From NCBI GenBank assembly GCA_051532035.1, contig JAOPTW010000013.1, forward strand, positions 61,878 to 125,877: a stretch of DNA of 64,000 nucleotides, in the 5' to 3' direction. The notes under the pieces were generated by a model. That model saw only the letters and a list, made by a program, of their open reading frames with translations, was not told the origin of the DNA and ran no database searches. Shown one piece after another: positions 1 to 9,386 of the stretch. The DNA comes from Fibrobacterales bacterium (GTDB lineage Bacteria; Fibrobacterota; Fibrobacteria; Fibrobacterales; JAOPTW01). Each line of letters begins with the position of its first letter. The stretch's first letter is position 1. A program made the translations under genes and the position numbers.

Positions 1-710
1 AGAATTGGTTTATCAATACCCACTCCAATTCGCTGTTTAGAAATAATGCCATTAAAGCTCACGTAATTTACTTTTATATTACTAAAGAGATGTTTTTGAA
101 TTTGAAATTCAATAACTACCAGGTGACCAAAAATCCCATCTGCCTCACCGGTAGATAGTTGAGAGAGTGCTTCTTTATATGTTTCAACTTCAATTACTTC
201 AATTGAGGGATAATTCATTGGAATCACAGTAGCTTCAACGGTTTTTTTCTTTACAAGAAGTCGTTTGCCCTTAAACTCTTTAAGAGAGGTAAGTGCTGCG
301 ACTTCATTTCGTGTAAAGAGTGCCATGGGGATTTCGATATAGGGTCTTGTAAATACAAGTGTTTTACGGCGGTCTGGAGTAGGATTAGCATTAATAATTC
401 CATCTGTTTTATGATGCATTGCGTTACCGAGAGCTTCTGGCCATGGTCTTGCATCAAAACGTATGGATACGCCTACCTTATTTTCGATCAATCGAATATA
501 ATCGATACTGAGCCCGTCCATTTCTCCTTTTTCATTTCGGTAGTTCATTGGTTCATAGCGGTCATCGACAGAGAGGGTGATGGAGTTATTCGATAGCCAC
601 TTGATTTCATCATCAGACAAAACAATTGTTGAATCTGATTGGGCAAATGAAAGTGAGCCTGTAAATAGAAGCAGTAGCAGAAGAGCCGGTAACTGCCGAT
701 AATATTGCAT
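1..710 (-). CDS. Family-3 solute-binding (SBP_bac_3/PBPb-like) domain protein. Only the N-terminal part is visible; the C-terminus is off-window.
   Basis: The ORF is missing from the track because it is open at the window edge. A reverse-strand ATG at 708-710 opens MQYYRQLPALLLLLLFTGSLSFAQS (signal peptide). This is followed by ...SVDDRYEPMNYRNEKGEMDGLSIDYIRLIE...RPWPEALGNAMHHKTDGIINANPTPDRRK.... The frame stays open to position 1. Confidence 0.6.
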   Translation of the reverse strand, partial: MQYYRQLPALLLLLLFTGSLSFAQSDSTIVLSDDEIKWLSNNSITLSVDDRYEPMNYRNEKGEMDGLSIDYIRLIENKVGVSIRFDARPWPEALGNAMHHKTDGIINANPTPDRRKTLVFTRPYIEIPMALFTRNEVAALTSLKEFKGKRLLVKKKTVEATVIPMNYPSIEVIEVETYKEALSQLSTGEADGIFGHLVVIEFQIQKHLFSNIKVNYVSFNGIISKQRIGVGIDKPI

Positions 711-858
711 TGTAATGCACCTTGCTTTGTTTAAAAAAGATATCAAATAATCTCTTTACAGTTTATGATGGTTCCGGTTTTTAGTATATCACTATTAAAC
801 GTCAATTAGCTTACTAATATTGATTAAACTAATGAAGATATCGACATACAGGGGTGGC

Positions 859-976
859 TCTCCCCCATTTTACACCTGAGGAAGTATATAGTAGAGCTTT
901 AACGACGCAAATTACCAACATATCCTGCTAAAATACTGGTTTCGAATGCCTCAAGAGTGCAGCCACTATAGTACCT
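859..976 (+). repeat. Non-coding element, copy 1 (homologous to 3481-3598)
   Basis: An ungapped hand alignment to 3481-3598 gives roughly 70% identity. The element lies in the leader of the kinase gene. Confidence 0.6.
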
Positions 977-1099
977 TATTTATAGAAATCATTGGCAGTT
1001 TGAAGGCTTGAGTGGTATAGTCAAATGAGCACTATACAAAGAAAACATTCAGAGATTGTACTGTATTCTGTTGTTTACAATATCTATGAGGAGAATTAG

Positions 1100-3442
1100 A
1101 TGTTGGGGAAAAAAACAAATATTTTAAAAATAGTATTGTTATGTCAGGGGCTTTTACTGATTTTACTTGTTATTAGTCTAGGGTATCTTCAGAGGCAACA
1201 AAATTATAACCATGAGAGAATGAATAGTGATATTAGCAAACGGTATAATTCCCTAAGACTTTCTAATCAGCTTCGTCAAAGTTCAGATAACTTGACCAAA
1301 ATAGTGCGTATGTATGCTGTATCGGGAGATAAAAAATACCAGAGGTTTTTTAATGAAATTCTCGATATCAGAGATGGGAAAAGGGAGCGTCCTTCTGAGT
1401 ACCACGATATTTATTGGGATTTTAGATTGGTTGAGGAACCTGATGACACAATAACTACCGGTAGTGCGAGCTCGCTCATCTCTTTAATGGAAAAACAGGG
1501 TTTTAGCCGGGGTGAGCTTAAACTGTTAGCAAAATCCAAGGTACTCTCCGATAGGTTGGTGAAACTTGAAACTATCGCAATCAACGCGATAGAGGGTAGG
1601 TTTCTTGATCAAAAAGGCCTCTTCACAGTAATAAAAAGTCCCGACCGAGAGTTGGCTCTTGAGATCCTCTTTAGTGATGAGTATCTGAAGGCAAAAAAAG
1701 AAATTATGCTCCCCATAAAATCATTTATGATGCAGGTTGATGAGCGTACTTCCCAAACTCTGAAGAAAAATGAATTGGTCTTACACGCAATTGAAAAACG
1801 CCTGAATCAATGTGTTATAGTGCTGTTATTAATCATAGTTGCTTTTGCAGTAACGGTATACTATTACAGAGGAATAGTGCTTTCTGAAGAAAGTGCATTG
1901 CTGAATACCTATAAATTCCTTATTGAACAGCCGAATCAAATGGCCTTTACTCTTGATATATTAACTGATTCATTATCATTTACAGGGGATGTTGAGGGAG
2001 TAATTGGGTATTCAGAACCAGAGTTCACCAATGTTCCAGTGGAAAAATGGAGGAGTTTACAGCACCCAGATGACCAAGAGAGGCTTACTGAAATTGTTGA
2101 AAATCTTTATGCTACCGGAGAAAACTATCAGAATCAATATAGGGTGCAAGTCAAAAATGGAGAATATAAACATATTGATGTTTCGGGATATTTTATAAGA
2201 GACAAAGAGTCAAAAGTTTGTAAAACTATTGGGCTGGTCAAAGATATTGATAATCTAAAACAAATTGAGATTGAAAAAATAAGTCTTCAGGAAAAATTAA
2301 ATCACCGAAATAAGATGGACGCTATAGGCCAGCTAACTGGTGGTATAGCCCATGACTTTAATAATTCACTTGCGGGAATCATGGGGGCGGCAGAAGTAAT
2401 GTCATCACGAGGTGAATCGATGGATGAAAAAAATCGCGCCATGGTTGATATGATAATTAAAGCCTGTTCGCGTGCAGCGGATTTAACCACGAAGCTACTC
2501 TCTTTTGGGCGAAAAGGAAAAGTACTCTCCAGTGCTATTTCCCTGCATGAAGTTATAGATGAAACCGCTGATATTCTAAGAAGAACTCTAGATAAAAAGA
2601 TAGAAGTAAGAGTGAGCAAAGGTGCTGACTATGATTCTGTTATTGGTGATGGGTCAGAGCTCCATGGAGCTCTCATGAACTTATGTATCAATGCAGGCCA
2701 TGCAATAACTAATAATGGATTTATAGATATAGAGACCTCGAATGTTGAATTAAAGCAGAAGTACTGTAATTCAAGCAGTTTTGATATTATGCCGGGAAAA
2801 TACATTGAAGTCGAGGTGAGGGACAGTGGATGCGGAATCCCGTTCAATGAACTGTGTAAAGTCTTCGAACCATTTTATACCACTAAAAAAGAAAATGAAG
2901 GTACGGGTCTTGGGTTGGCTGCAGTCTATGGGACAATAGAAGACCATAAAGGATCAATTAATGTATATAGCGAAGAAGGTGTCGGGACCTCTTTTCAAAT
3001 TTTGATTCCCTGTACAGAAGATGAAAGTATTGTAGAGGTTCAAGAAAAAAAGGTTATTAATGGCAACGGAACCATACTGCTTGTTGATGATGAAGAAATT
3101 ATTAGGGTAACCGGGAAGACTTTATTAAAGACTATGGGGTATACGGTTCTGCTCGCTGAAAACGGTGAGCGGGCACTGGATATTATTAGAAACAGTGAAT
3201 CAGCAATTGATTTGGTTATTACCGATATGATTATGCCAAAAATGAGTGGCAGCGATCTTTTTATTAAACTGAAAGCTGAATACCCTCGTATTAATGTGAT
3301 TATTTCATCTGGATTTGTAAAAGATGAGCGTATAACACCTTTGGTTGAACAGGGACTGAATGGCTTTATTCGTAAACCTTTTCGGGATTATGAGTTAAGT
3401 GAACTGGTATCTTCAATTTTAGAAAATAATAATAAAACCTGA
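1100..3442 (+). CDS. Hybrid sensor histidine kinase/response regulator (periplasmic sensor, TM, PAS, HisKA, HATPase_c, REC)
   Basis: The SD GAGGAG lies upstream of the ATG. The H-box is GGIAHDFNNSLAGIMG, the N-box NLCINAGHA, G1 DSGCGIP and G2 GTGLGLA. The C-terminal receiver has LLVDDEE...DLVITDMIMPKMSG...K. Confidence 0.9.
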   Translation: MLGKKTNILKIVLLCQGLLLILLVISLGYLQRQQNYNHERMNSDISKRYNSLRLSNQLRQSSDNLTKIVRMYAVSGDKKYQRFFNEILDIRDGKRERPSEYHDIYWDFRLVEEPDDTITTGSASSLISLMEKQGFSRGELKLLAKSKVLSDRLVKLETIAINAIEGRFLDQKGLFTVIKSPDRELALEILFSDEYLKAKKEIMLPIKSFMMQVDERTSQTLKKNELVLHAIEKRLNQCVIVLLLIIVAFAVTVYYYRGIVLSEESALLNTYKFLIEQPNQMAFTLDILTDSLSFTGDVEGVIGYSEPEFTNVPVEKWRSLQHPDDQERLTEIVENLYATGENYQNQYRVQVKNGEYKHIDVSGYFIRDKESKVCKTIGLVKDIDNLKQIEIEKISLQEKLNHRNKMDAIGQLTGGIAHDFNNSLAGIMGAAEVMSSRGESMDEKNRAMVDMIIKACSRAADLTTKLLSFGRKGKVLSSAISLHEVIDETADILRRTLDKKIEVRVSKGADYDSVIGDGSELHGALMNLCINAGHAITNNGFIDIETSNVELKQKYCNSSSFDIMPGKYIEVEVRDSGCGIPFNELCKVFEPFYTTKKENEGTGLGLAAVYGTIEDHKGSINVYSEEGVGTSFQILIPCTEDESIVEVQEKKVINGNGTILLVDDEEIIRVTGKTLLKTMGYTVLLAENGERALDIIRNSESAIDLVITDMIMPKMSGSDLFIKLKAEYPRINVIISSGFVKDERITPLVEQGLNGFIRKPFRDYELSELVSSILENNNKT

Positions 3443-3480
3443 ATGATCAGGGGAAAGATCTTGATCGCGCACTAAAGTAC

Positions 3481-3598
3481 CCCTCCCCCATTTCACATTT
3501 GATGAAGCATATTTTAGAAACGTAACGATGGAAATGACTAATATATCCAACTAAAATATTGGTTTCGGTTGTCTCATATGTTCAGCTATTATAGATTG
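3481..3598 (+). repeat. Non-coding element, copy 2 (homologous to 859-976)
   Basis: See copy 1. This copy sits downstream of the kinase stop codon, and no ORF follows before the terminator at 3715-3760. Confidence 0.6.
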
Positions 3599-3714
3599 TC
3601 TGCATTGAATATGTCAGAAACTGCTGAATGAAAAAGTAATAGTTTTGTGTTAGATTTGAATACAGGTACAGAAGCTGTATAGTGGATACTGATATATGAT
3701 TAGTCAACATTAAA

Positions 3715-3760
3715 AATAATGAGGGGTCAGGAGTTATACGACTCCAGACCCCTCATTATT
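3715..3760 (-). terminator. Rho-independent terminator (usable in both directions) ending the 4965->3789 operon
   Basis: AATAATGAGGGGTC...GACCCCTCATTATT forms a 14-bp perfect stem with an inner GGAGT/ACTCC pair. A T-run follows on the minus strand (ATTATTTTTAAT). Confidence 0.7.
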
Positions 3761-3788
3761 GAAATTACACTGTAGATCGCAATATTAC

Positions 3789-4253
3789 TTATGCTATTGC
3801 AAGTTTACTTTTTAGAATAGTTTTCTTCATAGAAGTTATACGTTGAGATTGCGCTAAAACCTTTTGCTTTATCTGAGTAGACGATGTTCTAGGATTGTAA
3901 CTCACTTGAACAATCTTTTTTCCCTCTGCTTTTAAGTAAGATTCAACAGCGATATTATGAGGTTTGTCTCCCCAATCTTCTCCAACTACAAAAATATCGA
4001 TATTTAATTCTTTGCAACCAGATACATAGTCAAGTTCATGGTACGGGATCACTGTATCTACACAGTCTAAAGCCCTCAACATCTCCATTCGTTGGTCAAG
4101 AGGGACGACTGGTACGTTAGGCTTGTAAGAGTTTACTACGCTATCTGAGGCAACCCCCACAGCAACAACATCGCCTAATGTTTTACAGTATTCTAATAAT
4201 GCTAGGTGACCTACATGTAACAAATCAAATGTGCCTACGGTATATACAATCAT
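3789..4253 (-). CDS. Cytidylyltransferase, TagD-like (glycerol-3-phosphate cytidylyltransferase family)
   Basis: Carries GTFDLLHVGH (HxGH nucleotidyltransferase motif), DIFVVGEDWGDK and RTSSTQIKQKV (RTxGISTT-like). Length and motif order match TagD. Confidence 0.8.
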   Translation of the reverse strand: MIVYTVGTFDLLHVGHLALLEYCKTLGDVVAVGVASDSVVNSYKPNVPVVPLDQRMEMLRALDCVDTVIPYHELDYVSGCKELNIDIFVVGEDWGDKPHNIAVESYLKAEGKKIVQVSYNPRTSSTQIKQKVLAQSQRITSMKKTILKSKLAIA

Positions 4254-4311
4254 CGTGTTTTTAACTCCTATAATAAAAAATGTTTATTTGTGTTAATAAT
4301 CTCGTAACTTT

Positions 4312-4965
4312 TTAAAGCAGTTTCCAACTATAAATGCCCGTTATAGCAAGTGTATAAAGAGCAAGTATCCAGACATTGACGGGGTTTCCAGAAAGTTTTG
4401 GTGTTTTGATTTGTGAGACATTCAAAGCTGCAAGACCAAGAACACTCGAATACAAAATGATAGAAAAGGCGCTCTCACTAAAAAATGCTTCAGACATAAA
4501 AACAAAAACAAGTATTATGTTATTGTTGTCAAGAGCCAACCCTGTGTATTTGGTTCCACCAGCAAGGCCAAAGGTACTAAAATAACTCAGACGTATTGCA
4601 CTGGCGGCCATTATCACAAAAGCACCAATTAAATATACAGGATCAAATTTTCCATAGCTCAGTAGTAGAATGGCTGGTGTAACGCCATAACTGACAATAT
4701 CGATTAAAACATCAAGTTGCCCACCAAAAGTTCGGTCGTTACCTGTTCGTCCTTTAATTCTACGTGCGATGAGGCCATCCGCCCAGTCAAAAGCAACAGC
4801 CCAAATCATACCAATCATTACTGCGGAGTAAACGCCCATAATGCTAAAGTAAATAGCTGACGTTGTACATGCTAACCCTGCTAGTGAGCACAAATTTGGC
4901 AAATCTTTTACATATGAAAGAATGGTCGGTTGTGGTTCTTGTGATTCTATTTTGTCTGTGCTCAT
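4312..4965 (-). CDS. CDP-alcohol phosphatidyltransferase family membrane protein
   Basis: Carries DWADGLIARRIKGRTGNDRTFGGQLDVLIDIVSYG, which fits the D(x)2DG(x)2AR...G(x)3D(x)3D signature. The protein is polytopic and hydrophobic. Confidence 0.85.
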   Translation of the reverse strand: MSTDKIESQEPQPTILSYVKDLPNLCSLAGLACTTSAIYFSIMGVYSAVMIGMIWAVAFDWADGLIARRIKGRTGNDRTFGGQLDVLIDIVSYGVTPAILLLSYGKFDPVYLIGAFVIMAASAIRLSYFSTFGLAGGTKYTGLALDNNNIILVFVFMSEAFFSESAFSIILYSSVLGLAALNVSQIKTPKLSGNPVNVWILALYTLAITGIYSWKLL

Positions 4966-5714
4966 AATACTCTTACCTGCTTATATTCGAATTAAAACAT
5001 TATCTAAGTGATGTCGTGACTTTTGGGCGTTTTGTATTAGCGTCTTCTTGGGGATGATGATACAAAGAGCCAAAGTACCATCACACTGATTATTTGAGTT
5101 TTTCGTTGACTCAATTTGAATCAATGCCTTCCATAGGTGTGGAGTCTATTTAAAGACGAACCAATGTACCTGAAAATTAAATTGATTCTGTTTGAGTACT
5201 CCAATAATTACTGAGCATTTTCAAACTTTGCAGCAAAGGTAGTATAAATTTCTGATTTTTATAGGGGGGGCGCTAGATGAGCAATCATTCAAAGCTTAAT
5301 AATCAATTTTCTATTGCTAATATTTATTAAAAGGTCAAGAAACGCAAAAACATATGTAATTCAGTAGCTTGGGTGTTGACATAAAGCCCCTCTCTCTGCA
5401 TGGTACAATGTATATGTTATGATGTTTATTGTAACGTAAGCAAAATGACCAGCTGTGTAGGCTTTTTTACTGTTGAAATATGAATGAGTTTCAGGGTTGT
5501 TGGTGGTGTAATAGTTACCAGTGTACCTCTATAGGCGCCTTGTAGTAACAGCGTTGTTTACTGAATTGGTGATGTTTAGCATGAGTTCAGTGTTTTGAAT
5601 GTGCCTTGCAGTACCACTCCCGATATGTGCCGAAATACTCCCGATAAAAAATTGCACTAATAAAATGGAAGCGGTTATATTTAAATAATGAACAGTCGAC
5701 TTTGAGTTGTAAAT

Positions 5715-6917
5715 ATGAATACACAAAATAATTCATCATATTGGAATGCAACGAGTGATTTAGGTTTTATTATTGATGCTACAGCGGTAATTAAAAAAGT
5801 AAATCGTTCTACAGAAAAAAAATTAGGATATCGAGGTAAAGAGCTCGTTGGCGATTCCTTATTTCGTTATGCCCAAACGAACTTTCATGCTACAATAGAG
5901 AGTATTCTTAAGCAATGTAAATTAGGCAAAGTAAGAAGCGTTGTTGAAATAGGATTAAAAAATAGTTCCGGTGAGGCCGTTTGGATTGATGCGTCTTTAA
6001 CGTACGATAGTAAGGAGAATACTCTCTACTGTATGGGCCGGGATGTTACTAATAAAATGCAGGCGGAACGAAAACTCTTTCAATCGGATAGCATTTTACA
6101 AATGGCAATTGATGAAGTACCCTGCCCAATAGCGATATATGAAATAACAGAAAAACCATTTCATTTACGGTATTTAAAAGTCAGTAAATCATATGCGGAT
6201 TTTGTTGGGTACAGCATAGACGAGTTGATAAAAAAAGAGCGGAGTGATGTATCGTTAATGCTTAATAATGAAGACGTTGAAATGCTTACGGACGTTGCCG
6301 TAACGGGAAAAGGGGTTCAGGCATTACCTGTAGTACTAACAACACAATTCGGTTATAATAAACAAATACTTCTTACTGCTTTAAAAGTAGAATACTCTTC
6401 AGGTAACTATCTGTATACATCTATCGTAGATGTGACCGACCATTACATCGCAAAAACAAAAGTAATTGAACAAAATACAGAACTTGAATCTTTGGTAGGA
6501 AAGTTAAATCACAAAAATATTGCATTGGCCGAAGTTGTTGATTCTATGGCTCAAGAAAAAACGCGATGTACAAATGAGTTATGCAAAGTCGTTAAGAACC
6601 AATTAGAACCGGTGATTAACCGCATTCGTTCATATAAGTCCCCCGACTTGGGGATATTAGAAAGCTTAAATGCTATTGTCAGTTCTCTTGAAGGGAATGG
6701 ACAGGGTGACCTAGAAGAAAAACTTCTGAAGCTCTCAGCAAAAGAGTTAGAGATAGCGCTCCTTATTAGAAAAGGATACTCTTCAAAAGAGATTGCAACT
6801 ATTTTTAGTATTGGCTTTAGAACAATAGAGTCCGCGCGTAAAAATATTAGAAAAAAGCTGGGCTTACAATATTCATCAAGCAACCTAAAGAACTACCTTT
6901 CGAGTTTAACGGTTTAA
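5715..6917 (+). CDS. PAS-domain LuxR-family transcriptional regulator
   Basis: The N-terminal region is PAS-like. The C-terminal LSAKELEIALLIRKGYSSKEIATIFSIGFRTIESARKNIRKKLGL is a LuxR/GerE HTH. Confidence 0.8.
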   Translation: MNTQNNSSYWNATSDLGFIIDATAVIKKVNRSTEKKLGYRGKELVGDSLFRYAQTNFHATIESILKQCKLGKVRSVVEIGLKNSSGEAVWIDASLTYDSKENTLYCMGRDVTNKMQAERKLFQSDSILQMAIDEVPCPIAIYEITEKPFHLRYLKVSKSYADFVGYSIDELIKKERSDVSLMLNNEDVEMLTDVAVTGKGVQALPVVLTTQFGYNKQILLTALKVEYSSGNYLYTSIVDVTDHYIAKTKVIEQNTELESLVGKLNHKNIALAEVVDSMAQEKTRCTNELCKVVKNQLEPVINRIRSYKSPDLGILESLNAIVSSLEGNGQGDLEEKLLKLSAKELEIALLIRKGYSSKEIATIFSIGFRTIESARKNIRKKLGLQYSSSNLKNYLSSLTV

Positions 6918-7048
6918 AAAAGAGCTGTTTTAGTGGGCTATAGCCCATAACCCCTATAATACTACTCCCGATTTACCCCTATTTAAGTGGGTAGTCTTTG
7001 TCATTTTATTCCTTTATACTCAAATTAGATTTCAAATAAGGTTTGACT

Positions 7049-7252
7049 ATGATCGATGAACTAACAATAAATGATATAAACACTGGTGCTTGCACTGACG
7101 TTGACAAGTGTGTACTCGAGCCACTCATCCGAGCCTTAATGAAGCTCCTTGATTCGATAGATACCCAAGCGAGAATAACACTGATGCTTGAAGATATGAG
7201 AAGTAGCAAAATAATTTCACATCACAAAAACAATTTACATAAAGTGGGTTAG
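7049..7252 (+). CDS. Small hypothetical protein (67 aa), possibly co-transcribed with the chemoreceptor gene
   Basis: The ATG follows AAGG. The ORF ends 4 nt before the chemoreceptor start and no domain is recognised. The call is weak. Confidence 0.3.
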   Translation: MIDELTINDINTGACTDVDKCVLEPLIRALMKLLDSIDTQARITLMLEDMRSSKIISHHKNNLHKVG

Positions 7253-7256
7253 TACA

Positions 7257-9206
7257 ATGAGCATACAATCGTTATCATTGAAACAAAAATTTATCGGCAT
7301 TTGCCTTACGCTTGGGAGCGTTCCCGTCTTATTAGTTGGGCTCATCAGCTATAACAATTCTAAAACGGCGTTATTAAATGAGGTTGAAGAAAAGCTGGAG
7401 GGTCAGGTAACCATGTATCAGGAGGTAGTTACTAATGATATACAGGCGGCACGTATGGAATTTACGGAGTCCAACAAAAGGGCGCAAAGCCTGATTGATC
7501 AACAGGCTCAGTTGGTAAAGGATCTGATTGCATCGGAAAAAAATATTGAAAAACTGAAAGACCAATTAGCGGCATATACAATCGGTAAATCAGGCTATGT
7601 GTTTGTGTTAGATTATTTGGGGAACTATATAGTGAGTAAAGGGAGGGCATCCGATGGTAAAAATGTAATGGATGCTAAAGATTCAGATGGTAATTATGTT
7701 ATTAAAGAGATGATAGGAACTGGTAAACGCTCTGCTGCTGGGGTGATTACTATAATGGATTATAATTGGATTAATAAGGGCGAACAGCAGAGTAGAAAAA
7801 AAATGGCAGCTCTGATACATGTTCCGGAACAACAATGGGTAGTAGGAGTCTCGGCCTATTATGAAGACCTCGTGAGTATGGGTCAGGAAGAAAAAATAAT
7901 TGCGCAGTTTAGAGAGAATGTACTCTCCGCAAAAGTGGGTAAAACGGGATATATGTTTGTAATGGATCTAAAGGGTCTACTGCTTATGCATCCAACAGCA
8001 GAGGGGAAAAACATAGGATCAAATGATTTTATTCAGACCATGATTCAAACAAAGTCTGGAGTGATAACCTATCTCTGGGAGGGTGAAGAAAAAATTGTAG
8101 CATATGACTATATTGCTGATAAAAAGTGGATTGTAGCATCGGGAAGTTATTTAACCGACTTTACAGATTCGTTAACGCAATTAGGCTGGATATTACTCTT
8201 CTTGTGTATTGGAATTATATGTGCCGCCCTACTCCTTTCTCTGTATGTGTCAAAAACGGTTATTAACCCAATAAATAATACAATCGAGGGTTTGCGGACA
8301 GGTGCTGATCAGGTTGCTGCGGCCTCAAGTCAGGTTTCGAGCTCAAGCCAATCCTTAGCTAATGGGGCGTCTGAGCAAGCTTCTTCAGCCGAAGAAATAT
8401 CCAGTACTGTGGAAGAGCTCTCCGCTATGACTGCTCAAAATGCACAAAATGCACAGGAAGCCAATACTCTTTCAAATGAAGCGGGAGAGTTTACAAAACA
8501 GGGTCAGCAGGCGATGGAAATTATGGCTGCTGCCGTAAATGAAATTAAAGTGTCAAGCGATAAAACGGCAAAAATAATTAAGGATATAAATGAGATTGCT
8601 TTTCAAACAAATTTACTCGCCTTGAATGCGGCGGTTGAGGCCGCACGAGCAGGAGATGCCGGAAAAGGGTTTGCTGTTGTCGCAGAAGAGGTGCGTAATC
8701 TTGCGCAAAGGAGTGCAGAGGCAGCTAACTTGACCGGCAGTCTACTTGAAGAGTCAAGTAGAAGTGCCGAAAATGGAGTTAAAGCCACTGAAGATGTTGA
8801 TCAGATGCTCAACAATATTTCATCTTCTGTTACAAAAGTAAACCAGCTTGTTTCTCAACTTTCGGTGGCGAGTAATGAACAGTCTACTGGTATTAAACAG
8901 ATAAATGATGCAATGGGACAAATGGATATAGTAGTGCAGGAGAATGCAGCAACTGCTGAAGAGTCGGCATCCGCCAGTGAAGAGTTAAACGCACAATCTG
9001 AAACGTTGAATGCAATGGTGTCAGATCTTGCAATCATAATAAAAGGCCAAAAAAGTAACGCGGTCATATACCATCAGTCAAATGAAAGGAGTGTAAATAT
9101 GGATCGTTCAAAAGCCTATTTGCAAATACCCAAAAGTACTACTAAAAAAGAAGCGAACAAGTTTACGTATGATGAAGATGATCAATTCGCACTTCAGGAG
9201 TTCTAG
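7257..9206 (+). CDS. Methyl-accepting chemotaxis protein with double-Cache (dCache_1) sensor
   Basis: The N-terminal TM is followed by a Cache-like periplasmic domain ([32 protein letters not shown]) and a second TM. The signalling hairpin is [39 protein letters not shown]. Confidence 0.9.
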   Translation: MSIQSLSLKQKFIGICLTLGSVPVLLVGLISYNNSKTALLNEVEEKLEGQVTMYQEVVTNDIQAARMEFTESNKRAQSLIDQQAQLVKDLIASEKNIEKLKDQLAAYTIGKSGYVFVLDYLGNYIVSKGRASDGKNVMDAKDSDGNYVIKEMIGTGKRSAAGVITIMDYNWINKGEQQSRKKMAALIHVPEQQWVVGVSAYYEDLVSMGQEEKIIAQFRENVLSAKVGKTGYMFVMDLKGLLLMHPTAEGKNIGSNDFIQTMIQTKSGVITYLWEGEEKIVAYDYIADKKWIVASGSYLTDFTDSLTQLGWILLFLCIGIICAALLLSLYVSKTVINPINNTIEGLRTGADQVAAASSQVSSSSQSLANGASEQASSAEEISSTVEELSAMTAQNAQNAQEANTLSNEAGEFTKQGQQAMEIMAAAVNEIKVSSDKTAKIIKDINEIAFQTNLLALNAAVEAARAGDAGKGFAVVAEEVRNLAQRSAEAANLTGSLLEESSRSAENGVKATEDVDQMLNNISSSVTKVNQLVSQLSVASNEQSTGIKQINDAMGQMDIVVQENAATAEESASASEELNAQSETLNAMVSDLAIIIKGQKSNAVIYHQSNERSVNMDRSKAYLQIPKSTTKKEANKFTYDEDDQFALQEF

Positions 9207-9386
9207 GTATTATGACCCTACTCCTCGTCATCACTTTTACGCTATAAGTGATAATGACGCCTATCCATCGTATACAGATATTCCTGATACATATGGGATT
9301 TCTGTACGGTGTATTGAAGATACCTTGTAAAAAACGGGGTGATTCTGTAATCCCCCAATAGTAACCGACGTATTAAGTAGAGGTAT

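Noticed and set aside
1004-1022. Possible sigma-54 promoter (TTGGCAGTTTGAAGGCTTG) upstream of the kinase gene
   Set aside because: Only the GG element fits. The -12 TTGC element is not matched at the right spacing.
859-3598. Interpreting the two direct repeats flanking the kinase gene as IS or transposon ends
   Set aside because: They are direct rather than inverted repeats, they are only ~70% identical, and no transposase, integrase or target-site duplication is visible. The observation is kept as a regulatory or RNA-element hypothesis instead.
5529-5726. 65-aa minus-strand ORF in the long 4966-5714 intergenic region
   Set aside because: It has no SD and no recognisable motif, and it overlaps the start of the PAS-LuxR gene. 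The region is more likely to be divergent promoter and leader DNA.
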